Assembly: GCF_016705685.1 (NCBI RefSeq)
Contig: NZ_JADJLB010000003.1
DNA: 64,000 nucleotides
Source of the DNA: Propionivibrio sp.
GTDB taxonomy: Bacteria > Pseudomonadota > Gammaproteobacteria > Burkholderiales > Rhodocyclaceae
Direction: 5' to 3' (one strand)
Part shown: positions 1 to 7,954 of the stretch, one piece after another
How positions within the stretch are numbered: position 1 is the stretch's first letter
Layout of the letters: the number at the start of each line of letters is the position of its first letter
Program-made: the position numbers and the translations under genes
Notes under the pieces: generated by a model
Told to the model about the DNA's origin: nothing
Database searches by the model: none
The model's input: only the letters and a program-made list of their open reading frames with translations

Positions 1-613
1 AAAGGGTGCGCTGGGTATCGATGTCGAAGGTCTTGATGTTCTCGATTTCGTCGTCGAACAGGTCAAGCCGATAAGGCAGCGCCGAACCCATCGGGAACAG
101 ATCGACCAACCCGCCGCGCACCGAGTATTCGCCGGGCGCGACAACCTGGGCGACATGCGTGTATCCGGCCAGCGTGAGCTGGGCGCGGAACTGCCCGGCG
201 TCGAGTCTTTCGCCTTTCTTCAGGAAGAAGGTGTAGGCCGCCAGGTAGGCTGGGGGCATCAGGCGGTAAACCGCCGTCGACGCCGGGACCAGCAACACGT
301 CGCATTCGCTGCGCATCACGCCGTAGAGCGTGGCCAGACGTTCCGAGACGAGATCGTGGTGCGGCGAAAAGCTGTCATAGGGCAGCGTTTCCCAGTCCGG
401 CAGCACGCGCACGCGCAGGCCGGGCGCAAACCACGGTATTTCTTCGAGCAGGCGCTGGGCGTCGCCAGCGCTGGCGGTCAGCACGGCCAACAAGGTGCGT
501 TGGCCCGCCATGGCGGCCAGTTGCGCGATGTGCAGCGCGTCCGCCGAGCCGGCATAGGGCGGTAGCGGGGTGCGCTCCCCGGGCCTGCACGAAGGCAGTG
601 GCGCCCCTAACAT
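1..613 (-). CDS. mfd: transcription-repair coupling factor Mfd, N-terminal part (continues past position 1)
   Basis: Minus-strand translation from the ATG at 613-611 reads MLGAPLPSCRPGERTPLPPYAGSADALHIAQLAAMAGQRTLLAV...GEYSVRGGLVDLFPMGSALPYRLDLFDDEIENIKTFDIDTQRTL. This is the UvrB-homology N-terminal module of Mfd. The frame is open to the window edge, so it is absent from the ORF track. Confidence 0.8.
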   Translation of the reverse strand, partial: MLGAPLPSCRPGERTPLPPYAGSADALHIAQLAAMAGQRTLLAVLTASAGDAQRLLEEIPWFAPGLRVRVLPDWETLPYDSFSPHHDLVSERLATLYGVMRSECDVLLVPASTAVYRLMPPAYLAAYTFFLKKGERLDAGQFRAQLTLAGYTHVAQVVAPGEYSVRGGLVDLFPMGSALPYRLDLFDDEIENIKTFDIDTQRTL

Positions 614-846
614 GACGGCGGGAGGATCGGAGGCAGGCAGGGATTTGGGCACAAGTGGCGAACAGCGGCGATAGGAAGCGTGGATGGCGATACGGGAAAG
701 CGCAGCATTATAGAGGAGGGTGAGGATCCCGGGCGGATTCAGTGATCGCCACGCGGATGCCTGTTAACGCTAGCGTTGTTCGCGTCAGAACGGACGGTCG
801 ATCTTTCTCGTACCGGCTAAAGTTTGGCAGTCATGACAGCCGGTGC

Positions 847-1260
847 TCAGCCGTACAGCTTCAGGGAGTGCGTGCGGACCCAGGGAACATACTCCACGTC
901 CGCTTGAAGGATATGGTTGTAGAACCATCCGTAGATCAGGTATTGCACTTCCTTGGCGATGTCGTCGAGCGAAAGTTGCCTGGCGTTATCGAGCAAGCGG
1001 ATCAACATGCCCTTGAACTCCGCATGAAGCAGCTTGTGCGTGTCGAGGTCAGGGTAATTGAGCGACGCCAGCATCGCTTCTTCCTCACGCAAATGGACCT
1101 TGGCATAATTACTCAGCATGACCAGGGTCTTCATCACGCGGATCTGGTCGCCATTGCCGGCGAACGTGGCCGCCAGGTCAAAAAGCTGTTTGTGCTGGCT
1201 GTCAATCTTGGGCAGGCCGAACTCCAGTTTCTCCGACCATTCAGCCAGATGCATGTCCAT
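847..1260 (-). CDS. bacteriohemerythrin (stand-alone hemerythrin-like metal-binding protein)
   Basis: 137 aa carrying the full di-iron ligand pattern: IDSQHKQLF, HLREEE, HKLLHAEF, WFYNHILQADVEY. Confidence 0.85.
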   Translation of the reverse strand: MDMHLAEWSEKLEFGLPKIDSQHKQLFDLAATFAGNGDQIRVMKTLVMLSNYAKVHLREEEAMLASLNYPDLDTHKLLHAEFKGMLIRLLDNARQLSLDDIAKEVQYLIYGWFYNHILQADVEYVPWVRTHSLKLYG

Positions 1261-1576
1261 CGATATCTCCTGTGTCAGATGTGCAGTGAGGATTTTAACG
1301 GCTTTTGATCGGAGTGAAGAAGCCGTGGTTCCCGGAGAAGGCGTATTTTTTCACTGCGGCGCTGCGTGGCTCGCGGCCAACCGGTCAGTGCCCCCGGCCA
1401 CGCGTTGCCGTCCGCCGAAAATTACAGATTGACCATAAGCGCCAAGTTTAGCCATACTCTCAGCCTGTTACGGGTTGATGTTGAGCGCCAATCTGAGTTT
1501 TGTTTCGGACAATCGCTCGATCGGCTTTAAACTTGGTCGGGAGTCGTAAATAGAATACCAATACGGGAGGTGACAA

Positions 1577-3274
1577 ATGAATGGCGTTTCTTGGAAGCTA
1601 CGTGGTGCGATGCTCTTGCAGGTGGCTTGTGCCGTGTTGGCCGCCTGGCTTGCCGCCAACGTCTTCGGCGGTGGGATGCAGGGCTGGGGTCTCGCCGTTG
1701 GCTTGTTGGTCGTGGTCTCCATCGCGCTCGTCCTGCTTGTCGAAAGCGGGCTGGTCCAACGCCTGAACGCCCTGCGCGGGGTGATCGGGCAGATGTACAT
1801 GGATGGCGACCTGACCCGACGCGCCGCGGCCGAGGGGAGTGATGAAATCTCGCAGACCGCCGCCGAGTTCAACAAGCTGATGGAGAGTATCCAGACAATC
1901 ATCGGCAAGGTGTTTTTCAACTCGGTCGAAGTCGCCCATGCCTCGCAGAAATTGATCACCGAAGCGAACCGCGTCGCAGCAGGGTCCAACCAGCAACGCG
2001 ACGCGGCCATGGCGACTTCCGGCGCCATGACCCAGTTGACCGAAAACATGAATCAGGTCAGCCAGAACGCGACCGAGACGGCCGGTATTTCCGAAACGTC
2101 CAGCAATCTTTCGGCAGAGGGCATGACGATCGTGCACAACGCGTCCACTGAAATGGAGCGTATTTCGTCTTCCGTTACCCAGTCGGCGCAGGTGGTTTAT
2201 GCGCTTGGCGAACGCTCGAAAGCGATCAGCGGCATCGTCCAGACGATCCGCGAAATCGCCGATCAGACCAATCTGCTGGCGCTCAATGCGGCCATCGAAG
2301 CCGCCCGCGCCGGCGAACAAGGGCGCGGCTTCGCGGTTGTCGCCGACGAGGTGCGCAAACTTGCCGAACGGACGGCCAAGGCGACCGGCGAAATCAGCCA
2401 GATGATCGGGGCGATCCAGGGCGAGACGCAAAGCGCAATCACCAGCATCGAGGCAGGTACGGGGCAGGCGAAGAACGGCGCCGAACTTGCCCAGCAGGCG
2501 GCATCGTCGCTCGAGCGGATCAACAGCGGCGCGCGCGTGACCATGGAAAAGGTGGATGCCATCGCTGCGGCGGTCGCCCAACAAAGCCGGGCGGGAAACA
2601 CCATCGCCGACCATGTGACCAATATCATGCAAATGGCCGAGAACAACAGTGCTGCCGCTGAAAAGGCGCTCTACGAAGCCAATCAGCTCGATTATTTGGC
2701 CGCCAACCTCAAGGAAATCGGCAACGTTTTCAAACTCGGGCCGGCCGGCGACAAAGCGGTAGAAACCCACGCCAAGATGCCCGCACTGATCCAGCACGCG
2801 GCGCAGACCGTTGGCCAGATGTTTGACAAGGCGGTTGATTCGGGCCGGATCAAGATCGAGGATTTATTTGACGACAATTACCGACCGATTGCGAATACCA
2901 AGCCACCGAAATTCAAGACCCGTTATGACGACTTCACTGACCAGAACCTGACGCCGGTTCAGGAGCAGTTGCTGGAGCAAAACAAGTGGGTGGTCTATGG
3001 GATTTGTTGCGACAAGAAAGGTTATGTGCCGACGCACAACCGGAAATTCTCGCAAGCACTGACCGGTGACGAAAAAGTCGATTTTGTGAACAACCGCACC
3101 AAGCGGATGTTCGATGACCCGGTCGGGCGCCGTTGCGGCAGTCATGACAAGCCCTTCCTGCTGCAGACCTACCGTCGCGATACGGGGGAGATCATGCATG
3201 ACATTTCGGCACCGATTTTTGTGAAGGGACGGCACTGGGGCGGGTTCCGCATTGGTTACAAGACCGAGGTCTGA
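1577..3274 (+). CDS. methyl-accepting chemotaxis protein (2 TM, HAMP, MA signalling domain, extra ~175 aa C-terminal domain)
   Basis: 565 aa. It has the highly conserved MCP hairpin tip [40 protein letters not shown] and two N-terminal hydrophobic helices with almost no periplasmic loop. Residues ~390-565 lie after the MA domain. Confidence 0.9.
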   Translation: MNGVSWKLRGAMLLQVACAVLAAWLAANVFGGGMQGWGLAVGLLVVVSIALVLLVESGLVQRLNALRGVIGQMYMDGDLTRRAAAEGSDEISQTAAEFNKLMESIQTIIGKVFFNSVEVAHASQKLITEANRVAAGSNQQRDAAMATSGAMTQLTENMNQVSQNATETAGISETSSNLSAEGMTIVHNASTEMERISSSVTQSAQVVYALGERSKAISGIVQTIREIADQTNLLALNAAIEAARAGEQGRGFAVVADEVRKLAERTAKATGEISQMIGAIQGETQSAITSIEAGTGQAKNGAELAQQAASSLERINSGARVTMEKVDAIAAAVAQQSRAGNTIADHVTNIMQMAENNSAAAEKALYEANQLDYLAANLKEIGNVFKLGPAGDKAVETHAKMPALIQHAAQTVGQMFDKAVDSGRIKIEDLFDDNYRPIANTKPPKFKTRYDDFTDQNLTPVQEQLLEQNKWVVYGICCDKKGYVPTHNRKFSQALTGDEKVDFVNNRTKRMFDDPVGRRCGSHDKPFLLQTYRRDTGEIMHDISAPIFVKGRHWGGFRIGYKTEV

Positions 3275-3460
3275 TACGCAAGGCGGTTGAAGTACCAGCG
3301 TAGCGGTGTTTGAGTATCGGGTAACAGGGGGATCGGCCTCTCTTGAAGAAGTACCCGTGACGCACCGATCAACCGACGTTAGAGCACCATGATCGCTGAA
3401 GGTATTCAGCTATCCTGTCTTGCATGATATCATCATGCTCGGCCTATTCGGAGGGTAGAG

Positions 3461-5959
3461 GTGAAAATTGCGCTTAGCGTACTCAATGCCCTGAGTCTTC
3501 CTGCCTTCGTGCTGGATACCGAGCATAAGGTGGTTGTCTGGAATGCCCCCTGCGAGTTGTTGACCGGCATCCCCGCGAAAGACGTCATCGGCACGCGCGA
3601 TCATTGGCGGGGTTTTTATGACGAGCCCCGACCGTGCATGGCCGATCTGGTGCTCGACAGCATGCTCGACGAAGCCTCGCGTTTTTACAGCCGACATGAG
3701 AAAACCGAATTTGCCAGCGATGGCCACAAGGCGGAAGGCTGGTTCGACGAGATCAACGGCAAGCGACGCTATCTGAGCTTCGAGGCAAGACCCGTTTTCG
3801 ATGAAAATGGGATTGTCGGCGCCATCGAAGTGCTCCAGGACATCACGCATCACCAGGAAGCCGAAGACCAGTTGAAACTGTCAGCCAGCGTCTTCGAGAA
3901 CAGCCTGGAAGGCATCATCATCACGGATTCGGACAATCGCACCATATCGGTTAACAAGGCGCTGGAAAGCCTGACCGGGTATGGCCGTGAGGAGATCATC
4001 GGCAGGAACCCGAAGCTGTTCGCCTCGGATCGACTTTCCGATAGCTACTACCGAAAAATGTGGACAACTTTGAATCGTGTTGGCCACTGGCAGGGCGAGA
4101 TCTGGAACAGGAAGAAAACGGGCGAGGAATACCTCGTCCGCGTACACATCAGCGCGGTTAAGACCGGCGACGATGTGACCAACTACATCGGCCTGCTTTC
4201 GGACATCACCGAATCGAATCAGGTGATGGAAAAGATGGAATATATGGCGCATCACGATTTTCTGACGGGACTGCCCAACCGCAGCCTTTTGGAAGACCGT
4301 TTGCGGCAGGCGCTGGCGCGTGCGGTGCGCAATAAATCCCGGTTTGCCGTAATGTTCATCGACCTCGACAAGTTCAAGGCGGTCAATGACTCGCTGGGTC
4401 ACCATGTCGGCGACGCGCTGTTGAAGGAAGTGACCCGTCGTATCCAGAGCTGCCTGCGGGCGAGCGACACCATCTCCCGCCAGGGCGGCGACGAATTCGT
4501 GCTGCTGCTGGAAGATATCGGCGATGAGGTCGATATCACCCATACGGCGAGAAAGCTTCTGGCCCTGATCGGCGGCAGTTGCTATCTCAACGGCCATGTC
4601 GTCACCGTCACGCCTTCGATCGGCATCAGCCTGTATCCGACGGACGGCGTGACCGTTGCCGATTTGTTGAGCCATTCCGACGCCGCCATGTACCACGCCA
4701 AGAATCAGGGGCGGAATAATTTCCAGTTCTTCACCGAACGCATTAACGCCAAGGCCCTGGAAACGCTGATGGTCGAGAACGGGCTGCGCAAGGCGATTCC
4801 CGATGGCTTGTTGCTGCACTACCAGCCCCAGCTCTGCCTGGTCAGCAAGAGCGTTCATGGCGCGGAGGCTTTGGTGCGCTGGGCGCATCCGGACCTGGGG
4901 ATCATCGGCCCGTCGCGTTTTATCTCGATCGCTGAAGAATCCGGACTGATCTGCCAAATCGGCGAATGGGTATTGCAGGAAGCCTGTCGCACCATGCGCA
5001 GTACCGGGATCAACATGTCCGTCAATCTGTCCCCGATGCAGCTCACGCAAAGCGACATCGTGGCCAAAGTGATCGAAGCATTGGATGGTATGGCCGGCTA
5101 TCGCTTAACCCTGGAAATTACCGAAAGCTCCTTCATCCATGATTTTGAAAAGACCAAGACCACTTTGCTGGCCTTGAAGAAAATCGGCGTCAATCTGGCA
5201 CTGGACGATTTCGGTACGGGCTACTCTTCGCTTTCCTATCTGTATCAGCTTCCCTTCGATTTCCTGAAAATTGACCAGTCGTTCATCAGCGAGCCCAAGA
5301 ACACGCCCATCGTGCTGGCCATCCTCGAAATGGCCAACAAGCTCAACATCATGACCGTCGCCGAAGGCGTTGAAACACCGGAGCAAATGGCTTTCCTCGA
5401 AGCCAATGGCTGCGATGTCATCCAGGGCTATTATTTTTCACGGCCGCTGCCGCTGCCAGACCTGACCGGTTTTGCCAAGAATCCGCCTTACCAGGTCTCG
5501 GCAAAGCCAAGAATCAAGAAACTCGCCGTGGAAGAAAGCAACCCCATGCTGGCCTGGTCATTCACCTACGAAACCGGCCACGCCGGTATTGACGCACAGC
5601 ACAAGGAATTGCTGCGCATGCTTAACCGGCTTGATTCAAGTACTCGGTCAGGCCAAGACGAAAGCAACTCGAGAAAAGTGATGAAAGCGTTGATCGACTT
5701 TGTCATCGACCATTTTTCCTTTGAGGAAAAACTCATGCACGACCGCGGTTATCCTTATGCTCAGGCGCACCATTCGGAGCATTTGAATCTGGTCGAAACG
5801 CTGTCCAGTTACGATCTGCAACTCAAAGCCAACGCCCAGGTCAACCCTCACCAATTGACCTCGTCCTTGCACACCTGGCTGATGCATCACATCCTGGACA
5901 GTGACAAGAAGCTGGGGGAGTTCTTAAGCAAACAGCAGGTGGCTCCAGCACAGGCCTGA
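3461..5959 (+). CDS. PAS-PAS-GGDEF-EAL protein with C-terminal hemerythrin domain (c-di-GMP turnover)
   Basis: 832 aa. Motifs: RQGGDEFVLLLED (GGDEF), GAEALVRW / DDFGTGYSSLSYL / KIDQSF (EAL). C-terminal hemerythrin ligands: IDAQHKELL, HFSFEEKLM, AHHSEHLNL, WLMHHILDSDKKL. GTG start as in the ORF track. Confidence 0.9.
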   Translation: MKIALSVLNALSLPAFVLDTEHKVVVWNAPCELLTGIPAKDVIGTRDHWRGFYDEPRPCMADLVLDSMLDEASRFYSRHEKTEFASDGHKAEGWFDEINGKRRYLSFEARPVFDENGIVGAIEVLQDITHHQEAEDQLKLSASVFENSLEGIIITDSDNRTISVNKALESLTGYGREEIIGRNPKLFASDRLSDSYYRKMWTTLNRVGHWQGEIWNRKKTGEEYLVRVHISAVKTGDDVTNYIGLLSDITESNQVMEKMEYMAHHDFLTGLPNRSLLEDRLRQALARAVRNKSRFAVMFIDLDKFKAVNDSLGHHVGDALLKEVTRRIQSCLRASDTISRQGGDEFVLLLEDIGDEVDITHTARKLLALIGGSCYLNGHVVTVTPSIGISLYPTDGVTVADLLSHSDAAMYHAKNQGRNNFQFFTERINAKALETLMVENGLRKAIPDGLLLHYQPQLCLVSKSVHGAEALVRWAHPDLGIIGPSRFISIAEESGLICQIGEWVLQEACRTMRSTGINMSVNLSPMQLTQSDIVAKVIEALDGMAGYRLTLEITESSFIHDFEKTKTTLLALKKIGVNLALDDFGTGYSSLSYLYQLPFDFLKIDQSFISEPKNTPIVLAILEMANKLNIMTVAEGVETPEQMAFLEANGCDVIQGYYFSRPLPLPDLTGFAKNPPYQVSAKPRIKKLAVEESNPMLAWSFTYETGHAGIDAQHKELLRMLNRLDSSTRSGQDESNSRKVMKALIDFVIDHFSFEEKLMHDRGYPYAQAHHSEHLNLVETLSSYDLQLKANAQVNPHQLTSSLHTWLMHHILDSDKKLGEFLSKQQVAPAQA

Positions 5960-6038
5960 GGCTGACAGAGCCATCCGGTGAAGTTGCGCGCGCTCAGGCA
6001 GGTTGGTTTGATGCTTTTGGACTACTTGAAACGCATAT

Positions 6039-6059
6039 TTGGCCTCGGCAGGAATCGAA
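6039..6059. repeat. degenerate direct repeat of the tRNA-Arg 3' end (att-like scar, distal islet boundary)
   Basis: ttggcctc-gg-caggaatcgaa at 6039-6059 versus ttggcctc-ctcga-caggaatcgaa at 7627-7650. Same orientation, identical blocks of 8 and 11 nt separated by a 3-nt length difference. Confidence 0.45.
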
Positions 6060-6200
6060 TAGTTTGCTGTAAGCCTGTATGAGCAAGGGTTACTCTTTTG
6101 AGAGTAGTAGAGTTGCCCTCAAAGTTACCCCCGTCGGAACGTTGCTGTAGCCTGACTGGCCACACTTTAGACGACCAAGTATCTAACTCCCCGGATCGAA

Positions 6201-6253
6201 TAAGTTTACAACGGGCTGCCTTTAAGTTTACGATGTGAGCACTTTAAGTTCAC
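6201..6253 (+). promoter_or_regulatory. three phased direct repeats TAAGTT(T/C)AC (putative operator/iteron array) just upstream of the islet gene
   Basis: TAAGTTTAC at 6201-6209, TAAGTTTAC at 6223-6231, TAAGTTCAC at 6245-6253. Start-to-start spacing is exactly 22 bp twice. The last repeat ends 9 nt before the ATG at 6263. Confidence 0.5.
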
Positions 6254-6262
6254 AAAGACAGC

Positions 6263-7297
6263 ATGCCTAAGCCCTCAAAATTGGACGATCTTGTTCGCTC
6301 GGTTACCAGAGACGTCATTGAGCATCCACGCGACCTCACACGGCAATACATTGAGCGACTAGGAATTTCAAGGGTAGCAGCGAACAATTACATCCAGAAG
6401 CTTGAAGTCAAAGGCTGGATTGCACGTAGCGGTCCTTCAACACACCCAGTTTTTAGCCCCGGCTATCGGCGACGCGTAGGGCGTCGTTACGATCTGCAAG
6501 GACTGGAAGAGCATATTGCGTGGCAGCAAGACTTCAAGCCCTACCTTAGCCTGCCGCCAAACGTGCAAAGCATTGTAGGTCACGGTTTTACGGAAATATT
6601 GAACAATGCGATTGACCATTCAACTGGGTCTTCCGTATTCGTTTGGGCCGACCAGGATGAGAAATCGATTACCCTGGTCATTTCGGATGACGGCGTAGGA
6701 ATCTTTGCGAAAATTGCCCTCGCCCTCGGATTACCGGATATGCGTCAAGCGTTATTTGAATTGTCGAAGGGCAAGCTGACAACGGATCACAGCAAACATA
6801 CGGGGGAGGGAATCTTTTTTACCTCGCGGATGTTCGATCTGTTCGACATAAGCGCCAATGGCTTGCGCTATAACCACAGCGCACATTCGCCCAATGATTG
6901 GTTACAGGAATCGGACGGCATTTTTCCTGAAGGCACAGCCGTATTCATGCAAACTGCACTGAAGAGCCAGCGCACTACTTCCGAAGTGTATGCGCAGTTT
7001 ACGAACGCGCCAGAGGACTACGATTTCTCGAAAACAATCGTTCCCATGAAACTTGCGACCTATGGAGACGAGCAGTTGATTTCCCGCTCACAAGCCAAGC
7101 GGTTAATTGCGAGATTTGACCGATTCAAGACCATAATCCTGGACTTCGATGGCGTCAGCGAAATAGGACAAGCTTTCGCTGATGAGCTATTTCGCGTCTA
7201 CAGCAGCGAGCACCCGGACGTCGAATTATTACCTTCGAACATGACAGCACAAGTTGAGCGAATGTGGCTTCGCGCATCAGCACCAAGGTCTTCGTGA
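6263..7297 (+). CDS. fusion protein: N-terminal winged-HTH, GHKL (RsbW/SpoIIAB-like) ATPase, C-terminal STAS-like (DUF4325-type) domain
   Basis: 344 aa. HTH-like LTRQYIERLGISRVAANNYIQKLEVKGWI. GHKL N-box EILNNAIDHS, G1 SDDGVGI, G2 HTGEGIFF. C-terminal SRSQAKRLIARFDRFKTIILDFDGVSEIGQAFADELFRVY resembles the STAS-like DUF4325 pattern. Hand-counted G+C is about 48-53%, against 60-68% in neighbouring genes. Confidence 0.8.
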   Translation: MPKPSKLDDLVRSVTRDVIEHPRDLTRQYIERLGISRVAANNYIQKLEVKGWIARSGPSTHPVFSPGYRRRVGRRYDLQGLEEHIAWQQDFKPYLSLPPNVQSIVGHGFTEILNNAIDHSTGSSVFVWADQDEKSITLVISDDGVGIFAKIALALGLPDMRQALFELSKGKLTTDHSKHTGEGIFFTSRMFDLFDISANGLRYNHSAHSPNDWLQESDGIFPEGTAVFMQTALKSQRTTSEVYAQFTNAPEDYDFSKTIVPMKLATYGDEQLISRSQAKRLIARFDRFKTIILDFDGVSEIGQAFADELFRVYSSEHPDVELLPSNMTAQVERMWLRASAPRSS

Positions 7298-7627
7298 GCC
7301 AAATCCTAACGTCATATTTACGGGTTCGATGCTACCGTGTGGTTACCAGCGTGACGCTTTGCAAACTTCTTGGCAGGCTTTAGCCCGCACGCTTCAATTC
7401 GTCTCATTGTTCGCGGAGCAAATGCGCCAGCTCCCGCAGCATTGGACGATCCCGGCTTCCCAATTCAGTCGCGACGCCGGCCGGGTAAGGGTTCTCTTTC
7501 GCCGGTTCGGTCACGGACGCAAAGTGCTTCGATTACGTGGGTTTCAGTGCGCCGCCCAAGTCGGCGGAAATATCGCGCTTGAAGCTCGGCAAGAGCGGAT
7601 GTTGCTGGACTGCTTTAGATGCTCACT

Positions 7628-7702
7628 TGGCCTCCTCGACAGGAATCGAACCTGTATCTCACGCTTAGGAGGCGCGTGCACTATCCATTATGCTACGAGG
7701 AG
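7628..7702 (-). tRNA. tRNA-Arg (anticodon CCU)
   Basis: 75-nt cloverleaf read by hand on the minus strand. Acceptor CTCCTCG/CGAGGAG; D arm GCAT-AATGGATA-GTGC; anticodon stem CGCGC/GCGTG with loop CTCCTAA (anticodon CCT); variable AGAT; T arm ACAGG-TTCGATT-CCTGT; discriminator G; encoded CCA. Confidence 0.85.
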
Positions 7703-7954
7703 GTCGGGGCGTATTCTAGCAGCCTGTCGGACCGGATGGGTCGAAGCACAGGCTTGACCGGCCCTGTCAGTTGTAGTGATGTTACGGCCAGACCAGACTG
7801 ACGTCGTTCGTTTGCCCGTCGTCGTCCTTTCAGAATGGTTTGCGAGTTAAAATCGCGCCAATTCATTTTAGGGTCACGACCTCGCAGCATGGCGCTGGGG
7901 TTGTCGTCGGCACCGAACGTTTGTCAACCTGTTCCTGGAAAGCACTGCTTATTC

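Noticed and set aside
1598-2797. 399-aa minus-strand ORF opposite the MCP gene. The same class includes 3881..5050, 22946..23923, 27217..28287, 36664..37692, 40455..41219, 43125..44081, 49251..50114, 56286..57185, 59689..60291 and 61304..62506.
   Set aside because: All are antisense to genes with unambiguous conserved motifs. Their products have biased Arg/Gly/His/Asp-rich composition and no recognisable domains, so they are treated as shadow ORFs.
7298-7627. Possible integrase remnant between the islet gene and tRNA-Arg
   Set aside because: Hand translation of all frames gave only short fragments (for example ...ENPYPAGVATELGSRDRPMLRELAHLLREQ) with no tyrosine-recombinase motif that I can recognise. 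I cannot support a call, so it is mentioned only as context in the islet finding.
7254-7757. 167-aa plus-strand ORF spanning the islet edge
   Set aside because: It reads straight through the tRNA-Arg gene on the opposite strand and has no coding-like features.
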